Part shown: positions 58,438 through 64,000 of the stretch, piece after piece
Position numbering within the stretch: the first letter of the stretch is position 1
How the letters are laid out: each line of letters begins with the position of its first letter
From: Eledone cirrhosa
Lineage: Eukaryota
Direction of reading: 5' to 3'
Assembly (NCBI GenBank): GCA_964016885.1
Contig: OZ024745.1
Coordinates: forward strand, 37,510,001-37,574,000
Length of the DNA: 64,000 bases
Translations under genes and position numbers: made by a program
Notes under the pieces: generated by a model
Seen by the model: the letters and a program-made list of their open reading frames with translations, nothing else
What the model was told of the DNA's origin: nothing
Databases searched by the model: none

Positions 58438-59029
58438 TGTTGATAGATACATGTTTTAGGTAAGTGCTTATAAATAGGTAGTCTATTTTTCTAATATATT
58501 TTTCGAAAACTAGAAGCTTTGGTAAAATGTAACTTGAAATTTCAAATTAAAACTAAGATAATGAAATGAAATTTTAAGCGTTTCCTTAACTTAAACAACT
58601 AGCTATCCCCTTAAAAGTTTGTGGCAGATAATTGTAGGCACGTGTCACAGGCTCGCGTTCATGAATGTTTTTGACGATATTTCGATTAACTTTGCACTTT
58701 TATAGTATAAAATTGAGAGATAAAAAATTACGAGAGGTTAACATTTTACTTATCGTATTTATAATGTAATACTCAGTATTAGAATTAATTAATTAAGAAT
58801 TTGAAGAGGTTTTCTAAAATATTAAATGTTTCATTATTAAGATGGTATTTGTAAGGTATAATTTAAATGTGACCTCGAAAATTGGTGGTTTCGTTTCATA
58901 GAACCCGAGACTGTTTTGGGACTGGCATCAATAGGTTTAATCACCACAATAATACCAATAATATATTTTTCTTAAGTGGTTCGGGATTGATGAAAACGAT
59001 AGAATTGTTATTCACATGTCGAAATTGTG

Positions 59030-59345
59030 TTATGTTGATCATGTTTATAGGAATGTCAACGTGGGCTGGGAAAGAATTACACGTGGCAGTAGGTTCTGGG
59101 TAGGAAGGAATGGTGGTGCAAGAGAAGTAGTTAGAGTAGGGTTAACGATTGAACAAAGTGATGAGAAAAAATAAGGAGAGATGCAGGTGCATCAGTGTGC
59201 TTGCGTGAAGGAGTTGGTATGTGGTCTGCTAGATAAGAGTTGAGGTAGAAGAAACAGTGTTAAACAGTATTTGTGAGACTTTATCAGTCAGCGCCAATTA
59301 GTAGCAAATCTCTCAGCAGTATCAATTCTTCATGTCGTCTGTATG
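59030..59345 (-). pseudogene. Decayed CR1/L2-like LINE 3' end
   Basis: Minus-strand pieces LIG..KVSQ, YLADHIP and HSFLPRT...NSFPAHV resemble the SF.PRT..LWN.LP..V C-terminus of CR1-group ORF2. Confidence 0.45.
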
Positions 59346-62300
59346 AATTTCTTCGTTTTTTGTTTGATCTTTTAGAACCACCTGCGCAGAAGATGTATCC
59401 TAAATCCTCAGGAGACCATAATATTTTAGAAGAAATTGAATAGTCTTTTGTTTTTCCGTTCTTGATTTTCCTTTTTCTTTCACAAAGTTCGAGAAATCGC
59501 TTGTTTTGTTTGTTTCATTTTTCTACAACCGGAATTTTTCTACAAATTATGTATGGAAGTTTCTGGGAGAGTGTTTAAATACATGTTTTCTTTGAAGAAA
59601 GAAAATGGTAATATGCTTTATTTTTGTTTGTTTTTGTTGCCTGTTGGCTAGTCATTATTTTGAATGTGGGTTGTCATTTATTACCAGGAACCTAGATTGT
59701 GGGACCCTTTTTATATCTCGGTTTACATTTTTTCACTAGTAACAATTGAGGTAGAAACAATAGAATATAAACGGGGAAAAATCACTAATGCAGCGTATAG
59801 CTTTGGCAAATTTAGGGATTCTAGTAACCATGGAGGGAGTGGGAATAGGGTCAAACATCTTCCTGTAATAGTCATACTGTCACAAGTGTTCTGTGGTGTT
59901 TTCGTTTTATGAGAGAGAACAGGTTTATTAATTAAACGTTGTTCGACACATGCACACATTCACTTATTTCCACATGTCTGCTTATCAATCATTACATTGT
60001 TGGGACTCACAATGATCTTGGAAACATTGCTTGAGACAGCTTGTGTAAAATTTATATAAAACGTTTATGCAAGCAATATATCTTTAGTTTTCTGCGTGTT
60101 TGTATTTTATGTGCTATGGCAAGCCAGTCGGATTGAACAATCCCACTTTTCATAAAACGTTTCAAATTTACAGATGAATGGAGTTTTGTAGAACATTTCG
60201 TACAGGCATCCGACTACTAGGTGGCTTCCTTATAAACTTTTCTCACAGCTCTCATGAAATAATATCAGAACTGGTGGTGTTTGTTTTGCTATTGATGGCG
60301 GGGAAATTATGTAGTTGTTAGATCATGTGTATTTGTTTCGCTCCTCTGCACTCTATATGTTCTACCGAGATAAACATTGCTTTTAATCCTTTCGGGGTCG
60401 ATAAATAAAATATCAGACCAAGGCTGGTAGATTGGAGGGGTTGTTAATAAGTGGGGCGCGGTGATTTGTGGTAATATGATCCAGAACTGTGTTTTCTACG
60501 TTCAAATTACACTTTCTGCAAAGAGATGCGACCGGCAGATAGTATCAGCAATGGAAACATTGCCTCCTTTCGATATTGTTGCTGTTGATATTTGCTTCAG
60601 AGTTTCTTTTTTATTCTATTCAGACATAATGCATTACAGTTGTAATCTTTTAGGAAATGTGGTTACAATGTTTAGGAAGGAATAGCAAGGTAGATTTTAG
60701 GAAACCCAGAGATTACGAGCTCGATTGTTGGATAACATCAACAACCTCAGTTGGTTTCAATTGGGATCCAGCCAGATCATTTAGAGGCAGTTGCCTTCGA
60801 TATGCCCTCCTGAAAAAGTGTGTCAGAGGACTCTGTGGATATTTTCATTGCAAATCTTAGATAAAAAATATATTAAAATATTCCTTAGGAGCTTTTTACT
60901 GAAATGTTTGTTCATTTATTTCTTTTATATACAGCTTGTGGATTTGGTGTAGTAAACTTGTGATTAATAATGGGTTGTCGCCTTAGTTCTGAGTTCAAAT
61001 TTCGATGAGCTCAACTTTGCCTTTGTATTTAAGTTCAATGACATAAAGAATCAGTCAAGTACTGGGGTCAATTTCATCAACTGTTTATCTCCCTTCAAAT
61101 TGCCGGTCTTAATTTAACAAACATCATTATTGTACAGTTCCGTATTCAGTGATTTGATATAATGTTTTATAGTTATTAATTTCTCACAAGGTTTGAGTGT
61201 AGAATCTCTGTTAATTTCCGTTGTGGTTTCGTAAGATGTAGTAAGAGTAAATAAGTTGAACTTATTTCTTCCGTAAACCTTTTCTACAGTTAATTCCGGG
61301 AGAGAAGGCTGTGACCATGACCCTTTTTGGGATCGTCAAAACTGATGTGAACAGGGAAGAATGTATTTCCAAGCTGTAAATCTGGCGCGCATATTTGCAG
61401 TACAGTCGAAAGACAAGCGAGAAAGTGTGGAGGTATTAAACTAGGTGACGGATTAAGACTACAATCCAAGTAGGCCACATGTAGATTTGAACTCAGCATG
61501 CAAAGAACTAGATCAAACACCGACAAAGAAACTCTGACAATTCGGCCAACCCACCACTCTGCGTGGTACTTAATTTGTTCGATTCAGAGAGACGAGAGTC
61601 GAAACAAATGCCGCAAGACATTTGTCCCTACGCTATGTTATCATCTACATGTTAGATCTTGCGATACCAACTATTTATGTTTGTTCTCAAATATTGGTGT
61701 TTTATATTGGTGACTTATGTTGGCTTACATTGGTGGCTTACACAGGGTAACATTTTTGCCACCTGTGTTGTAAGCATATCTTAGATTTTCAGAATGACAG
61801 CAACTGTATACAGACAGAGATTTATTGGGGATAGTTTTGCTTCGTTTTTTTCTCCTAATTGCAAGTCCCAATGTTGTTTCTAATGATATCACAGATAAGG
61901 CTTAACATGAGGATAGTTGTTTTACCCAGTCTATAGATATTCTATAATAGTTTAAAAAAGTTGGAAAACACTCCTCAATCTACGATTGTAGAATGTTATT
62001 AAATGATATGTATACTCTGCACTTAGTTATCTCTGTCGGATCAGTTATATACGGAGATATATATGGGCTGTGATAGTAGTGATGGTGTTGGGGATAAAAT
62101 CAGTGGATTGTTTACATTTTGTTTTACTTTTTTTATGGCAGCTGAAAGGGTGATTTTGAAGGTCTTTTAAAATCGACTGATATTACAAGATTTAGAATAA
62201 CAGTCCCCATTTGTGACAGGCATTTTTCGGGCAGATAATTTTACTCGAATCTGTTTAGTTGCAGATTGATTTACGTTTCAGTGGTTTTCATCTTAGTAAT

Positions 62301-63028
62301 TATTCAAATAATTCGTATAGGAGATGCAGGGAATTTCAGAGACCTTTTCAGAGCACTGGAAGACATATTGATTAAATCGAAGTAATTTGAATAATTACGC
62401 CGTTTTGGGGGAGCTGAGGGTTTTATTATTATTGTTGGTGTCGCTGGTGGCAAAAGGGTTATTGTTACAATTATCAGTCATAATCGTCGAATAAATATTG
62501 TACATGTGTCTCGATAGTACAGCGGAAGAAAAGCGATTAAGAATTGGTATATCTATGTAACTCTTTCAGCATTTGTTTGGTTCAGTCTAAAATGAATAGT
62601 ACAATCTTAAAATGTAAAAATATATATACATACAACACACTACCTACAAATATGAGTACCCACTAAACATGTTACCTACAAACAATGATATCTACAGAGG
62701 AAATGAGAAGTGTAAAGAAAGGCAATGGTCATGATTGCCCTTGCGAAAGGTGATAGTAGGGAGTAGTACCGAAAAAGGCTGTGCTAATGAATGACATCGG
62801 GAAATGCAATGGTAAAGAAAAGCATCGATAAAAGCAATTGTAACTAGTAGTTTCAGGAAAGGAAGTTGTGAAAGTTACTTTCAGAAACGTCAAATGTAAC
62901 GATTAGTCTCAGGTAATACCTGGAACCTGTAATCCGCTTGAATTGTGATATTTTGTATCTGCTAACCTTGAAGCAAACTGCCACCCATCCCGAGCCTGGA
63001 TTGCAAATAGTCATTATCTATTCAACAG

Positions 63029-63630
63029 ATGATGCAGCACAGAGGGGGGAAAGGATTCCTGTCGACCAGAATCTGTGATGATGACAGAATCGATAAATGC
63101 TCCGATATAATCGATAATGGATTTCAATTATTTATTTCAGTTCATCAAAAAACTCATTTCAAAGGAGTTTTCAATAGACATTACCCATGTGAAGAAGAGA
63201 AGTTGCATCATACTTTTGAGAAAGTTTGGATGCTACAAATAATGAACATTGCAATAGTATGTTTCATCATCGAGAGCTTACATAGCCATGAAATTAAAGC
63301 TGTAGTGGCTTCAAGCTGTTTGGAACCAAGCTGATGATCTCAAGGACACCTCGTATATCTCAAGAAATAAAGTTCCTTTTCACATCTACTCGCAAGCATG
63401 AAGCCATCCTTTACCGTGATTTGCAACAAGACACGGGGACAGACATTTGAATAAATGAGAATATCTCTCTCTGCACAATTCTTCTCTTGTGGCAAGATAT
63501 TAGATGCATTATCCAGATTTCGGAAGAAAGCAATTCTAAAAGTATTGACAGAGAGAAATAACAAAAGTATATTCACTGGCAATTGTATCAACAGAGATTC
63601 TATAGTAATGTTCACTGTTTTCAATAGAAT
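63029..63630 (+). pseudogene. Highly decayed non-LTR (RTE-like) RT fragment
   Basis: GFLSTRIC...LFISVH..FKGVFNR loosely follows GFR..RSC...L...FIDFKKAFD. Frameshifted. Confidence 0.35.
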
Positions 63631-63669
63631 ATATATGTGACTTCCTTCATTCTTAGTATATATATATGT

Positions 63670-63825
63670 GAAGGCACATGGATTAGTCGTTAGATTATTC
63701 GACGTATGACCGTAGGGCCGTGATTACGATTCTCAGAGCAGGTGGCGAGTTGTGTCTTTGAGCAAAATACTTTATTACACGTTGCTACAGTCGACTCTGA
63801 AAGTGAGTTGTCCCTGTAATTCAAT
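63670..63825 (+). mobile_element. Old CORE-like SINE head
   Basis: gaaggcacatggattagtcgttag...tttgagcaaaatactttattacacgttgct, homologous to 50857-50975. Confidence 0.5.
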
Positions 63826-64000
63826 GCTACCAGGAGGGTGTTAATATATAGTAAAATGTATTGCAATTTGCCCATCAAAACGGAAAAAAGGGAATTTATC
63901 AAATTGAAAAACGGAATTAAGAAAAATTTGATACGGAGAATTTTGTTACGCTCAATTTTGTACTAATTCATATATCCCATTTTGATCGAAAACAGAGAGA

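Overview
AT-rich, microsatellite-dense eukaryotic DNA. The SINE content suggests an octopod cephalopod (inference from recalled OK/OR-type SINE sequences; no search was run). One real gene is visible on the + strand: a three-coding-exon, ~139-aa helix-loop-helix protein (6685-6843, 8111-8189, 24228-24409). Its HLH is ID/emc-like, with an Arg-rich basic region that lacks the E-box Glu, and it probably has a 3'UTR intron and a ~7-kb last exon ending near 31.94 kb. The rest is repeats: tRNA-derived SINEs, decayed RTE and CR1 LINE pieces, TTAA-type and hAT MITEs, a Helitron-like end, very long (TA)n arrays and a 200-N gap. The most striking unannotated signal is a set of short elements from several sequence families. 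They sit against (TA)n tracts, are often folded back as inverted repeats, and carry type I hammerhead ribozymes: two with a complete catalytic core (41136-41201, 48901-48961), several with 1-2 core mutations, and several 3' halves. They share a TTGAGTRC-like 3' motif, and one encloses a Penelope-like ORF fragment. This reads as a microsatellite-targeted Penelope/retrozyme-like system. Almost all ORFs in the supplied track are microsatellite translations.
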